A stretch of DNA of 64,000 nucleotides from an uncultured Actinomycetes bacterium. GTDB lineage: Bacteria; Actinomycetota; UBA4738; HRBIN12. The stretch lies in NCBI GenBank assembly GCA_963704885.1, contig CAVPIB010000004.1, positions 352,001-416,000 on the forward strand, given 5' to 3'. The notes beneath the pieces are model-generated. The model was not told the DNA's origin and did not search any database. It was given only the letters and a program-made list of their open reading frames with translations. Below are positions 1 through 10,964 of the stretch, piece by piece; within the stretch, counting starts at the first letter, position 1, and each line of letters begins with the position of its first letter. The position numbers and the translations under genes are program-made.

Positions 1-68
1 CGACCACCATCAGCTCGATCAAGGTGAACCCGTCCTCTTCCTGTGCCCGACCCAGCAAGCTCGCGCAT
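1..68 (-). CDS. Type IV pilin / prepilin N-terminal cleavage-methylation protein (5' end only, runs off the window edge)
   Basis: Minus strand reads ...LLGRAQEEDG|FTLIELMVV, a class III signal peptide (G|FTLIE). The in-frame start is TTG at 58. ATG at 68, behind a purine-rich RBS, is out of frame by 1 nt. Lies directly downstream of pilC. Confidence 0.85.
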   Translation of the reverse strand, partial: MRELAGSGTGRGRVHLDRADGG

Positions 69-137
69 GGTCCCCACCTTCCTCACCTCCTCTCGAGCCC
101 CTTGGTCATCGGCGCTGACTGCTCGCGCATCCATGGT

Positions 138-164
138 TCATCGGCACTGCGCCCCGGCGGTTGA
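138..164 (-). promoter_or_regulatory. Putative sigma28 (FliA/WhiG-family) promoter of the pilin gene
   Basis: TCAA(164-161)-N15-GCCGATGA(145-138) versus the sigma28 consensus TAAA-N15/16-GCCGATAA. A second GCCGATGA lies at 113-106. Confidence 0.6.
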
Positions 165-191
165 GGCCGGTCCCTCGGGATGGCCTCAACC
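159..191 (-). terminator. Inverted repeat downstream of pilC (possible terminator or stabilising hairpin)
   Basis: GGTTGAGGCC(159-168)...GGCCTCAACC(182-191), a perfect 10-bp stem 15 nt after the pilC stop. No U-tract. Confidence 0.45.
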
Positions 192-205
192 ACTCCGAAC
201 GAGGG

Positions 206-1409
206 TCACTGGATCAGCTTGATGATGTTGAACATCGGCATGTAGAGCGCGATGACGGCGGCGCCGACCGCGCCACCGATGAACGCGATCAGGAGCGGTT
301 CGATCAGCGATGTCAACGCGTCGACCGAGGCCTCAACCTCGTTGTCGTAGAACGTGGCGACCTTGTCCAGCATGGTGTCGATCTGACCGGTCTCCTCACC
401 GACCGCCAGCATCTGCACAACCATCGGCGGGAACACCGAATGCTTCGAGAGCGGCTTCGCTATCGACTCGCCCTCCCGAACGCTCGATTGCACATCCACT
501 ACCGCCTTCGACATGACCCGGTTGTTCACGGTGTCGGCCACGATGTCCAGCGCCTGCAGGATCGGCACACCCGAGCGCAGCAGCATGCCGGCCGTACTGG
601 AGAACCGGGACAGCGCTGTCTTGTGGAAGAGCGGCCCGAAGACCGGCACCCTCAGCTTGAAGGAGTCGATCGTCGCCCTGCCCGCTTCCGTCTTCTTGTA
701 TCGCTTGAAGAAGAACGAGAAGGCGAACGACCCCGCGATGAACACGTACCAGTACTTCTTCACGGCGTCCGACATGGCCAGGAGCACCCGCGTGGGCAGC
801 GGGAGCGTCCCGCCGAGCTGCGAGTAGATGCTCTTGAATTGCGGCACCACGAACAACAACATCGCCGCCATGATCAGTACCACCAAGGCCACCACGGCCA
901 CCGGGTAAGTCATGGCCGACTTGATCTTCTGGCGGAGGTGGACCTCCCGTTCCAGAAGGTCCGCCAGACGCAGCATGACGTCGTCCAACATGCCGCCCGT
1001 CTCACCCGACTTCACCATGGCGATGTAGAGCTCGTTGAAGACCTTCGGGTGCTTAGCCATGGCTGCCGAGAGCGATGCACCCTGCTCCACGTCGTTGCGC
1101 ACGATGACGAGCACCTTCGCCAACTCGGCGTTCGTGGTCTGGTCGGCCAGGATCGAGAGCGCCCGAAGGATCGGGAGCCCGGAGTTAACCATGGTGGCGA
1201 ACTGCCGCGAGAAGACCGCGATCTCCTTCAGCTTGACCTTGCCCGGGCGGAGATGGATCTCGAAGTTGAGTCCCTTCTTCTCCTTGCCCACCTCGAGCGG
1301 CGTGTAGCCCATCTCGCGGAGGCGTTCGAGCACCAGCCGCTCGTTGTCCGCGACCAACGTGCCGGTCACCAGGTTCCCCGACTTATCCCGGACCTTGTAC
1401 TGGTAGGTA

Positions 1410-1417
<8 letters not shown>
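206..1417 (-). CDS. pilC: Type IV pilus inner-membrane platform protein PilC (T2SS F family)
   Basis: Motifs FSRQFATMVNSGLPI, GETGGMLD, KIKSAMTYP, GEETGQID, LIEPLL..LYMPMF. Start moved to MSDTYQY (ATG 1417). Confidence 0.95.
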
Positions 1418-2585
<1,168 letters not shown>

Positions 2586-2586
2586 C

Positions 2587-4269
2587 TCACTTCACCACCC
2601 TTGCGATCTCTCCGATGGAAGTCATACCCGTGCGGGCTTTCTCTAGGCCGTCGTCGCGAAGCGTCATCATCCCCTGCTGTATCGCCGTGCTCCTGATCAC
2701 ATCGGCCGATGCCCGGTCAACCGTTAGCCGTTCGATCTCTTCGGTCATCGGCATGACCTCATAGAGGCCGGCCCGGCCTCGGAAGCCTGTGTTGGAGCAC
2801 GCCGAGCAACCCGTCGGACGGAAGAGCTCTTCTATCTCGGGGACCAGCCAATCGGGGTATCCGGCCTGGAGGAGCTCGGTCGGCTCGGGCTTGTACGACT
2901 CCTTGCACCGCTCACAGAGAACGCGCGCCAGACGTTGGGCGACCACGCAGTCGATCGCGGAGGCGACCAGGAACGTCTCGACCTCCATCTCGACCAGTCG
3001 GGAGATCGCCGAGGCCGCATCGTTCGTGTGCAGCGAGGACAAGACCAGGTGCCCGGTGAGAGCGGCCTCGATCGCGATCGTGGCCGTCTCCTTATCCCGG
3101 ATCTCACCGATCAGAACGATGTCGGGGTCGGCTCGCAGGATGGACCGCAGCGCCGACGCGAACGTGAGACCCGCCTTCGGATTGACCTGCATCTGGTTCA
3201 CGCCGTCCAGCCTGTACTCGACCGGGTCCTCCACGGTGATGATGTTGCGGTCCTCTTCGTTCAAGATGTTGAGGGTCGCGTACATGGTGGTCGACTTCCC
3301 CGACCCGGTCGGCCCGGTCACTAGGATCGCGCCGTACGGCTTGCGGAAGGACTCGGCGAACCGCTTATAGGCGTCGTCGAGGAACCCCAGGTCCTCGAGC
3401 TTCATCAGCGCCTGCGTCTTGTCCAGAACGCGGATCACGATCTTCTCGCCGTAGACGGTCGGAAGCGTGGCTACACGAAGGTCCAACTGCCTCCCGCCGA
3501 CGCGCATGCTGATGCGGCCGTCCTGAGGCACCCGCTTCTCGGCGATGTTCAGATCCGCCATGACCTTCAGGCGGCTTATCAGCCCACCTTGGATGTTCTT
3601 CTGCGAATGCATCACGTCGTGGAGCACGCCGTCCACGCGGAAGCGGACCCGAACGTCGCGTTCGTTAGGCTCGATATGGACGTCCGAGGCGCGGTCTCCC
3701 ACCGCCTGGGTCATGATCGCTTGGACCAGCTTGACGATGGGCGCCTCTTCGAGCGCGGCCTCGAGTTGTTCGTCGTCGGCCTCCAGTTGCTCGGAGGCCT
3801 GGGAGGCGAGCGCCTCGACCTGGCCGTCCATGCCGGCGAACTTCTGGATCGCCTGCTCAACGTCGGCCGCCGTGGCGACCACCGGCTGGACGTCGCGGTT
3901 GGTGATGGTGCGGATGTCGTCCAACGCATAGACGTTCGCGGGGTCGGACATGGCGACCAAGAGCTTGCCGTCGCGCTCGCCGATCGGGATGGCGCGATAT
4001 CGACGAGCGAGCGCGTCCGGGAGCAGCGTCGTGGACGAGGGATCGATGTGGTATTCGGCCAGATCGACGAACTCCAGCCCGACCTGCTCGGCAAGAGCCC
4101 GCACCAGGTCGGCCTCCTTGATCAATCCGAGGTCGATCAGGACGCGCCCCAGCGACTTCGGAGTCTTCCGATGCTCCTCGAGTGCCTGCTCCAACTGGGC
4201 GGACGTGATGAGACCCTGCTCGATCAGGATCTGGCCGAGCTGCTTTGCCTTGCGCTTGACCGTGGTCAT
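2587..4269 (-). CDS. pilB: Type IV pilus extension ATPase PilB with N-terminal MshEN-like domain
   Basis: ASDVHIEP, RFRVDG, PQDGRI, GPTGSGKSTT, LRADPDIVLIGEIRD, tetra-Cys Zn site (CERC..CSAC), N-terminal LGxxLxxxGLI repeats. Confidence 0.95.
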   Translation of the reverse strand: MTTVKRKAKQLGQILIEQGLITSAQLEQALEEHRKTPKSLGRVLIDLGLIKEADLVRALAEQVGLEFVDLAEYHIDPSSTTLLPDALARRYRAIPIGERDGKLLVAMSDPANVYALDDIRTITNRDVQPVVATAADVEQAIQKFAGMDGQVEALASQASEQLEADDEQLEAALEEAPIVKLVQAIMTQAVGDRASDVHIEPNERDVRVRFRVDGVLHDVMHSQKNIQGGLISRLKVMADLNIAEKRVPQDGRISMRVGGRQLDLRVATLPTVYGEKIVIRVLDKTQALMKLEDLGFLDDAYKRFAESFRKPYGAILVTGPTGSGKSTTMYATLNILNEEDRNIITVEDPVEYRLDGVNQMQVNPKAGLTFASALRSILRADPDIVLIGEIRDKETATIAIEAALTGHLVLSSLHTNDAASAISRLVEMEVETFLVASAIDCVVAQRLARVLCERCKESYKPEPTELLQAGYPDWLVPEIEELFRPTGCSACSNTGFRGRAGLYEVMPMTEEIERLTVDRASADVIRSTAIQQGMMTLRDDGLEKARTGMTSIGEIARVVK

Positions 4270-4300
4270 ATCGCTCTATCGGTCCGTTCGGTCTAGGTCG

Positions 4301-5122
4301 TCAGGAAGTAGCTTCGTCACCACCGCTCTCGACCTGAAGCAGCCCCGAGAACTCTTTGGCCAGCAGCACCGGATCGACCTCCGCATCGGCGTCGAGTTCC
4401 ATGTGCTGTTGCTTCTCTTCCTTCTTGTCCGAACGCTTGTCGGGCTTCTTGTGGTCCTTCTTCGGGGAGGACTCGTCGGAGGACTCGGGTGGGTCGGCGG
4501 GCACGGGTTCAGCGGAGGGCTGGGGGGGGTCACCGCGCTCGGTCCCGGCCGGACCGGTCGCCTCGCCGTTCGAGCTGGCATCCCCCGTCCGGGCGATGTC
4601 CTCCGCCACGGGGGTCGGCTGCGAGGCGGAGGGCACGTCTTCCTCCTTGCCGCCCTTGCTCTTCATCATGTTGGGGTCGGCTCTAGACCAGACTCGCGTC
4701 TCGGCCGTGACAGCCGGTTCGGTCCGCTCCGCCGGTGGATGGAGCGAGGTCCGAGGCTTGCCCGACGGAGCACCCGATGCCTCGGGAACCCGCAGGGTGT
4801 CGCGCCGCGTCCGCGCCTCCTCGGCCGCGAGCAGGATCTGCTCCAGTTGGTCGATGACCAGTCCGGGACGCACGCCGGCATCGGCCACCGCGAAAGCGCC
4901 GTAGGCGGGCCGGCGGACGTAGACCCAGACCTGGTCGCCGAACTCGACGAAGCTCCGCTCGGGGTCTCCGAGCGAAGCGAACCTCATCCAGGCCGGCTTC
5001 ACGGCCGTCTCGTCGTCCGGGTATGAGCCTAAGATCAACCCATCCCTGGACAGGATCAGACAGCCGCGCACGTCGGCGACGCCGCCCGCGATGCGATACG
5101 CGAGCGCGGAGTAGTCATCCAT
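4301..5122 (-). CDS. Hypothetical protein: N-terminal roadblock/LC7 (MglB)-like domain, disordered linker and C-terminal helix
   Basis: 273-aa ORF filling the gap between aroE and pilB. VRGCLILSRDGLILGSYP resembles the roadblock beta-hairpin. The middle is P/E/S/K-rich and the end reads DAEVDPVLLAKEFSGLLQ. Confidence 0.7.
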   Translation of the reverse strand: MDDYSALAYRIAGGVADVRGCLILSRDGLILGSYPDDETAVKPAWMRFASLGDPERSFVEFGDQVWVYVRRPAYGAFAVADAGVRPGLVIDQLEQILLAAEEARTRRDTLRVPEASGAPSGKPRTSLHPPAERTEPAVTAETRVWSRADPNMMKSKGGKEEDVPSASQPTPVAEDIARTGDASSNGEATGPAGTERGDPPQPSAEPVPADPPESSDESSPKKDHKKPDKRSDKKEEKQQHMELDADAEVDPVLLAKEFSGLLQVESGGDEATS

Positions 5123-5207
5123 GCCTACACATCCATCGTCGGCGGGTAGGCCGCGCTTGAGCGACGGAGGCCCGAAGGTCGCAGATCCTCCGTCGGTGAT
5201 GTTCGAG

Positions 5208-6068
5208 TCAGTGTGGCTCGGCGAGTGCCGCCAACGCGGCGGCCGACATCACGTCCATCGGCGCCTGCCGACCGGTCCAGAGCTCGAACGAGAGCGCCGC
5301 TTGATGCAGAAGCAGCCCCACCCCTCCGAAGGCGCGCGCGCCAGCGGAGCGCGCAGAGGTCTGCAGGAGGGTAACCACGGGGTCGTACAGCAGGTCCACG
5401 ACGAGCGAGTCCTCCCGGATGGCCGGCGACGGAAGCGCTTCGTCGCCGGCTCCGAGCGGAGTGGCGTTGACGATGAGGTCGGCTCGGATCCGGCCCGTCT
5501 CGTGGAACGACACCGCACGTACATCGATGTCGAACCCGTCGATCGCAGCGGTGAGCGGCTCCGTTCGGGCCGGATCGCGCGCGGCGATGGTCAGGCTGGC
5601 GGCGGCGCCACGCGCCAGGGCCAGGGCGCACGCGCGGGCGGCGCCTCCGGCGCCGAAGATCAGAGCGCTCCGCCCCCGCGGATCGAACCCGGCGTCGCGA
5701 CGCAGGAACCGATCGAACCCGGGGGCGTCGGTGTTGTGTCCGTGCACGGTCGGGCCCTCAACCACCAACGTGTTCACGGCTCGCAGTCGACGCGCGTCGT
5801 CGGAGAGCGTGTCGGCCAGCTCCGCCGCTACGGACTTGTGCGGCATCGTGACGTTCGCCCCGGCGAACCCGAGCGCCGCCAACCCAGGGAACGCACGGTC
5901 GAAGTCCGGTGGCTCGACCGGCAGCGGCACGTACACCCAATCCAACCCGATAGCCCGGAACGCGGCGTTGTGGATCCGTGGCGAGAGGCTATGGGCCACC
6001 GGCCAACCGATGATGCCGACCACCCGTGTCCTGCCGCTCGTCTGTAGGTCCGCCGGCGACTCAACCAA
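5208..6068 (-). CDS. aroE: Shikimate dehydrogenase
   Basis: IGWPVAHSLSPRIHN, GANVTMPHK, AVNT, HNTD, GAGGAARA, NATPLG, DLLYDP. Confidence 0.95.
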   Translation of the reverse strand: MVESPADLQTSGRTRVVGIIGWPVAHSLSPRIHNAAFRAIGLDWVYVPLPVEPPDFDRAFPGLAALGFAGANVTMPHKSVAAELADTLSDDARRLRAVNTLVVEGPTVHGHNTDAPGFDRFLRRDAGFDPRGRSALIFGAGGAARACALALARGAAASLTIAARDPARTEPLTAAIDGFDIDVRAVSFHETGRIRADLIVNATPLGAGDEALPSPAIREDSLVVDLLYDPVVTLLQTSARSAGARAFGGVGLLLHQAALSFELWTGRQAPMDVMSAAALAALAEPH

Positions 6069-7128
6069 GGCATTCCGCCTTGTCTAGCAGGAAACGATCG
6101 TAGTCCACGCTGAACCGGTGATGTCCGTCGGCCCCGCACAACACGTAATAGAGGAACGGTACGTCGGCCGGCGCCAGCGCGGCTCGGAGGGAGGCGATGC
6201 CGGGGCTGGCGATCGGCGTGGGCGGCAACCCGGCGTACAGCCGGGTGTTGTACGGACTGTCGATCTCGAAGTCCGACACTGTCAGCCCGTTCGACGGATC
6301 CGGATCGATGTAGCCGATCGTGGCGTCGATACCGAGCGGCATACCCTCCGCGAGCCGGTTGTAGATCACTGCCGCGATCTTGGCTCGATCCGAGGGGATC
6401 CTGGCCTCTCGCTCGATCATCGAGGCGATCACCACCACCTCGTACGGCGAGACGCCGAGCGCGTCGGCCGGTGACCAGTCGAGCGTCTCAGCCTCGGCGT
6501 CGAACTGCTGGAGCAGTCGTTCGACCACGTCTTGGGCGGTCGTGGACCCCTCGGCGAACCGATACGTCTCGGGGAACAGGAACCCTTCGGTCCCCTTGCC
6601 TTCCGGCAGGTAGGGATCGATGGACCAACGTCTGCGCTGGGCGAGCGCCAGGAACCGTTCCGCGTCGATCCCCAGCTTCTCCTGGACACGCTCGGCGATC
6701 TGCGTGAGTCGGTAACCCTCGGGGATGGTCAGACGGACCGTGGGGACGGGGGGTGGCGGCGTGGTCAGGACCTCGATGGCGTCGTCGAACGTCATGTTCG
6801 TGGTGAGCGCGAAGGTACCCGCTCGGATCGCGTCCGCCTTGCCTGTCCCGCGCAACAAGATCCTCCCGACCAGGCCCCCGCATCTGATCACGCCGAGTTC
6901 GTGCATCCGTGCCACGACCTGCTCGCCCGACGCTCCTTCAGGCACCGTGAGCTCCACCTGCGTCTGGGCTCCACCGGCTCCCTTGCAGTGGCCGTAGTAA
7001 GTCCCGACCCCCACCAGGATGCCCACCAGAACCAGGAACGCCACGAGCAGCACGAGTATCGCCCCGCGCTTGGACCGCTCGTCGGGGGATCCGTGCCGGT
7101 CCGTCCGGCGCACTGGGGTCTGTTCCAC
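6061..7128 (-). CDS. mltG: Endolytic transglycosylase MltG
   Basis: N-terminal TM segment, TIPEG, EGFLFPETY, ASMIEREA, VIYNRL, SPYNT..GLPPTPIASPG. alaS-ruvX-mltG-aroE synteny. Confidence 0.95.
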   Translation of the reverse strand: MEQTPVRRTDRHGSPDERSKRGAILVLLVAFLVLVGILVGVGTYYGHCKGAGGAQTQVELTVPEGASGEQVVARMHELGVIRCGGLVGRILLRGTGKADAIRAGTFALTTNMTFDDAIEVLTTPPPPVPTVRLTIPEGYRLTQIAERVQEKLGIDAERFLALAQRRRWSIDPYLPEGKGTEGFLFPETYRFAEGSTTAQDVVERLLQQFDAEAETLDWSPADALGVSPYEVVVIASMIEREARIPSDRAKIAAVIYNRLAEGMPLGIDATIGYIDPDPSNGLTVSDFEIDSPYNTRLYAGLPPTPIASPGIASLRAALAPADVPFLYYVLCGADGHHRFSVDYDRFLLDKAECLG

Positions 7129-7168
7129 GGGGACCGAGGATACTCACGGACCGGTGGATCCGCCGATC

Positions 7169-7597
7169 TCAGCGATGCGCGTCGAGCCAGGCCTGCAGGA
7201 TCACCGCGGCGGCGGAGCGGTCGACGACCCGACGCCTTTCCGCTCCGGAGACCCCTGCCTCTCGGAGTTCCCGCTCTGCCTCGACGGTGGACAGACGCTC
7301 GTCCTGCAGCTCCACCGGCACCGGCAACACGTCCGCTAGCACCGCGACGAACGCCTCCACCTTGCGAGCCGCCGGGCCTCGGGCTCCATCCATGGACAAC
7401 GGGAGACCCACCACGACCATGGCGGCGGCGTGCTCCGCGACGAGGGCTGCTATCGACCTGATATCCGTAGGGGCGCCGGTGGGGACCGTACCGATCGGGA
7501 CGGCCAGTCGCCGATCGTCGTCCGAGATGGCCACACCGATCCGCGCGTCTCCCAGGTCCAGACCGAGCACCCGGCCGGGCCGAGTAGTCTGGCCCAT
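7169..7597 (-). CDS. ruvX: Holliday junction resolvase-like / pre-16S rRNA nuclease RuvX (YqgF)
   Basis: LGLDLGDARIGVAISD, VVGLP, DERLST, DRSAAAVILQ. Confidence 0.95.
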   Translation of the reverse strand: MGQTTRPGRVLGLDLGDARIGVAISDDDRRLAVPIGTVPTGAPTDIRSIAALVAEHAAAMVVVGLPLSMDGARGPAARKVEAFVAVLADVLPVPVELQDERLSTVEAERELREAGVSGAERRRVVDRSAAAVILQAWLDAHR

Positions 7598-7598
7598 A

Positions 7599-10235
7599 CT
7601 AGTGGCCTCTGAGGAGCTCGACGAGCCGAGCCGGGATCCCCTCGATGGCCTCCTTCACGGCCTCAGCCTTCGGCCCGCCGGCGAACCCCAGGATCGGCTT
7701 GCCTCCGGCTCCCCCGCCCACCCGCTCCGCGGCATGCTCCAACAGGAGAGGGGCGGTCACGCCCCGCTCGACCAGTCGCGAGCTGCAGGCGGCAACTATC
7801 AACGCCTTGCCTCCTTGGCCGGTGCCGAGCACCACCGCGGCGCCCCCCCGACCCTCCAGCTTTCCGACGACCCTCTGAGCGAGTTCGCGGAGCTCGTCCG
7901 CGTCGGCGTCCTGGAGCGAGGCCACCAGTTGGACGCCCTCGACCGATGTTGCTTGCCCAACGATCCGGTCGACGAGCGAGGCGACGTCGCCCTGCTTCAG
8001 CTTGCCCAGCTCGCTCTCGAGGCGCTTGACACGTTCGACCAGCTGACGTGCGCGCTCGACCGCGGCCAAGGGGTCGGTGCTCCCGAGCGCCTCCGCGACA
8101 CCGCGAAGGAGCTCACGCTCGGCGTTGATCTCCAGGAGCGCGTCGGGTCCGACCAAGGCCTCCACGCGGCGCATCCCAGCACCGATAGACCCCTCGTGAA
8201 GGATCCGGATCAACGCGACGTTGCCCGTTCGATGCACGTGTGTGCCACCGCACAGCTCGCGCGAGTAGTCCCCCACCTCGACCACGCGGACCAGGTCGCC
8301 GTACTTCTCGCCGAAGAGCGCGATCGCTCCCTGGGCCTTGGCCTCCTCGAACGTGGTCTCGTAGACGCGAACCGGATCGTCCAGCGCCAGCCGGCGATTC
8401 GCCTCGGTCTCGGCCTCCTCCAGGATCTCCTGCGGCACTGCGGAGGGGTGCGGGAAATCGAATCGGAGGCGGCCGGGCGCCACGAGCGAACCTGCCTGCC
8501 GGGCATGCTCGCCCAACAGGTGCTTGAGCGTCCAGTGAACGATGTGGGTGGAGGTGTGCGCACGCGCGGTCGCCTCGCGGCGAACCGGATCGACCTCGCC
8601 GTGCGCCTCCTGGTCTGCCCGGATCTCGCCCGACTCCACGGTTCCTGTGTGCATGATCGCGTGCGGACCGGCCCAATGAGCGTCGCTCACGCGGATCAGT
8701 CCCGTCGGGGTTCGGATCGTGCCCTGATCTCCGATCTGCCCACCGCCTTCGGCGTAGAACGGTGTGACGTCGAGGAAGACCCTTACTTCATCACCCTCTT
8801 CGGCCACCGGGAGTTCACGACTATCCATGTCGAGCATCGCCACGACGTGTCCATCGGCTTCCAGTTGCCCGTATCCGACGAACTCCGAGGGTCGGACCGC
8901 ACCGGTGTCGATCCCGATCGGGACCTTCCTCGCCGACTCCCGCGCGCGGCGCCGTTGCTCCTCCAGCAGTTCCCCGAACCGCTCCACGTCGACCTTCAGG
9001 CCCGCCTCCTCGGCGAGCTCCTGCGTCAGCTGCAACGGGAACCCGAACGTGTCTGACAGCTTGAAGGCATCGTCCCCGCGGATGGCCTCTCCTTCAGGTA
9101 TGTGGGCGGCCGCCTCGCCGAACAGCCGCATCCCCTGGATCAGGGTAGCCGCGAACCGTTCCTCCTCGGATCCGGCGACCTGTTGGATGAACGCCTGATT
9201 CTCGGGGAGCTCCGGGTATGCCTCCCCCATCAGCTCGACCGTGGCCTCGACGAGCCGCGGGAGCACGGCCGACGTGACACCCAGCCGCCGAGCGTGGGAG
9301 ACGACGCGGCGGAGCATCCGTCGCAGGATGTAACCGCGCCCCTCGTTGGAAGGCTGAACGCCGTCGGCTATGAGGAAGGTCGTCGCCCGGCCGTGCTCGG
9401 CGATCACCTTCAGCGAGACGTCCGTGCGCTCGTCTTCGCCGTGACGCTTGCCCGAAAGGGACTCGGCGATCTCCAGGAGCGGTCGGAACAGATCCGTCTC
9501 GAAGACGTTGTCCACACCCTGAAGCAGCGTCGCCACGCGCTCCAGGCTCGAGCCGGTATCGATGTTCTTGGCGGGGAGCTCGTGGAGGATGTTCGACTGC
9601 CCGTCGACCTGATCCTGCATGAACACGAGGTTCCAGATCTCCATGAACCGGTCCTCGTCGACGTCGGGACCTCCGTCGGGGCCGTACTTCGTGCCACGGT
9701 CCACGAAGATCTCCGAGCAAGGACCCGCCGGTCCCGCCGCGTGGGTCCACCAGAAGTTCGCGGACTCGCCGTGCTCGTCGACGCGTCCACGACGAACGAT
9801 CCGCTCCGGTGCCAGACCCACGGCGTCGATCCACAACTCGGTCGTCTCCGCGTCTTCTTCGTACACGGTGACCCAGAGCAGATCGTGATCGATCCCGTAG
9901 CCCTCGGTGATCAGCTCGTGTGCCCACGGGATGGCATCGGCCTTGAAGTAGTCGCCGAAGGAGAAGTTCCCGAGCATCTCGAACATCGTCAGGTGCCGGT
10001 CGGTGTGTCCGACGTTCTCGATGTCGTTCGATCGGAAACACTTCTGCGAGCTGACGGCCCGAAGGTAAGGGGGCTCCGCCTGCCCCAAGAAGTACGGGAT
10101 GAATTGCATCATGCCGGCCCCCGTCAGCAGCAGGCCGGCCTCCGGTGGAGGGATCAGCGAAGCAGAGGCGACGCGCTTGTGATCGCGCTCCTCGAAGAAA
10201 GACAGGAACGTCTCGCGGATCCGGTGGCTCTCCAC
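7599..10235 (-). CDS. alaS: Alanine--tRNA ligase
   Basis: RHLTMFEMLGNFSFGDYFK, GPCSEI, EIWNLVFMQ, editing motifs HTSTH and ELCGGTH. Start at GTG 10235. Confidence 0.97.
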   Translation of the reverse strand: MESHRIRETFLSFFEERDHKRVASASLIPPPEAGLLLTGAGMMQFIPYFLGQAEPPYLRAVSSQKCFRSNDIENVGHTDRHLTMFEMLGNFSFGDYFKADAIPWAHELITEGYGIDHDLLWVTVYEEDAETTELWIDAVGLAPERIVRRGRVDEHGESANFWWTHAAGPAGPCSEIFVDRGTKYGPDGGPDVDEDRFMEIWNLVFMQDQVDGQSNILHELPAKNIDTGSSLERVATLLQGVDNVFETDLFRPLLEIAESLSGKRHGEDERTDVSLKVIAEHGRATTFLIADGVQPSNEGRGYILRRMLRRVVSHARRLGVTSAVLPRLVEATVELMGEAYPELPENQAFIQQVAGSEEERFAATLIQGMRLFGEAAAHIPEGEAIRGDDAFKLSDTFGFPLQLTQELAEEAGLKVDVERFGELLEEQRRRARESARKVPIGIDTGAVRPSEFVGYGQLEADGHVVAMLDMDSRELPVAEEGDEVRVFLDVTPFYAEGGGQIGDQGTIRTPTGLIRVSDAHWAGPHAIMHTGTVESGEIRADQEAHGEVDPVRREATARAHTSTHIVHWTLKHLLGEHARQAGSLVAPGRLRFDFPHPSAVPQEILEEAETEANRRLALDDPVRVYETTFEEAKAQGAIALFGEKYGDLVRVVEVGDYSRELCGGTHVHRTGNVALIRILHEGSIGAGMRRVEALVGPDALLEINAERELLRGVAEALGSTDPLAAVERARQLVERVKRLESELGKLKQGDVASLVDRIVGQATSVEGVQLVASLQDADADELRELAQRVVGKLEGRGGAAVVLGTGQGGKALIVAACSSRLVERGVTAPLLLEHAAERVGGGAGGKPILGFAGGPKAEAVKEAIEGIPARLVELLRGH

Positions 10236-10255
10236 GCGCGGCAGTCTACCGACGG

Positions 10256-10516
10256 CTAGGCAGCGGGTGGGTCTTCGTGACGAGGCACCGAGACCTCGCC
10301 TCGCAGTTCGCGTTCGCGCTCTTCCATAGCCTGGCGTCCCTCGGCGATCGACTCCGAAACGAGCTTGCCCAGGTCCATGAGTCCGCCTTTGGCCTCTCGG
10401 ACGAGCGTGGCCGGCGCCATCCGATCCGCTTGCTTGCGCGCCCATCGTGAGCCGATGACCGCGCCCGTGGCGCCGGCGCCCAACCCGAGCGCCACCCAGA
10501 ACCCTCGTCGGAGCAT
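10256..10516 (-). CDS. Small membrane-anchored hypothetical protein
   Basis: RRGFWVALGLGAG followed by coiled-coil EGRQAMEERERELR. Occupies the usual actinobacterial position upstream of alaS. Confidence 0.75.
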   Translation of the reverse strand: MLRRGFWVALGLGAGATGAVIGSRWARKQADRMAPATLVREAKGGLMDLGKLVSESIAEGRQAMEERERELRGEVSVPRHEDPPAA

Positions 10517-10523
10517 CGGGCGC

Positions 10524-10889
10524 CTAGCTCTCCGGCGGCTTCTTCTTCTTCTTGAAGCGGCTGGCGCCCTTCCGGAGTCCCGCGCCGACCGAGATGATCT
10601 TCACGAGCGGACTGGCCGCGGCCTGCTCGACCAATCCCGAGATGCGCTCGACGCGCAACAGGATGCCATCGATGCGGTCGATCTCGCGGTTCGTGCGCTC
10701 CACCGAACCCCGAACCTCACGGAGCAACGGCACCGTTTCTTCCCGCGTCGCGTCGATCATCATCTTCGTGCTCTCGAGCACGCGGAACGTGTTGATCAGA
10801 ACGATGCACAGGAAAAGCACCAGAAGGCCCCAGAAAGCGGCCAGGATGATCAACGCGGTGTCGCCGGCGTTGAGCGCGAGGAGCGCCAT
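10524..10889 (-). CDS. DUF948-family membrane protein
   Basis: TM segment ALIILAAFWGLLVLFL, coiled coil with ETVPLL, and RBS GGAGGGGG before ATG 10889. Confidence 0.75.
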   Translation of the reverse strand: MALLALNAGDTALIILAAFWGLLVLFLCIVLINTFRVLESTKMMIDATREETVPLLREVRGSVERTNREIDRIDGILLRVERISGLVEQAAASPLVKIISVGAGLRKGASRFKKKKKPPES

Positions 10890-10964
10890 GATTCCCCCTC
10901 CGTGGTCGGTGGTCGGGCCTGGGCGTTCGCCGCGTAGCATACCCACGCGGGCCGCGCGACCGCC

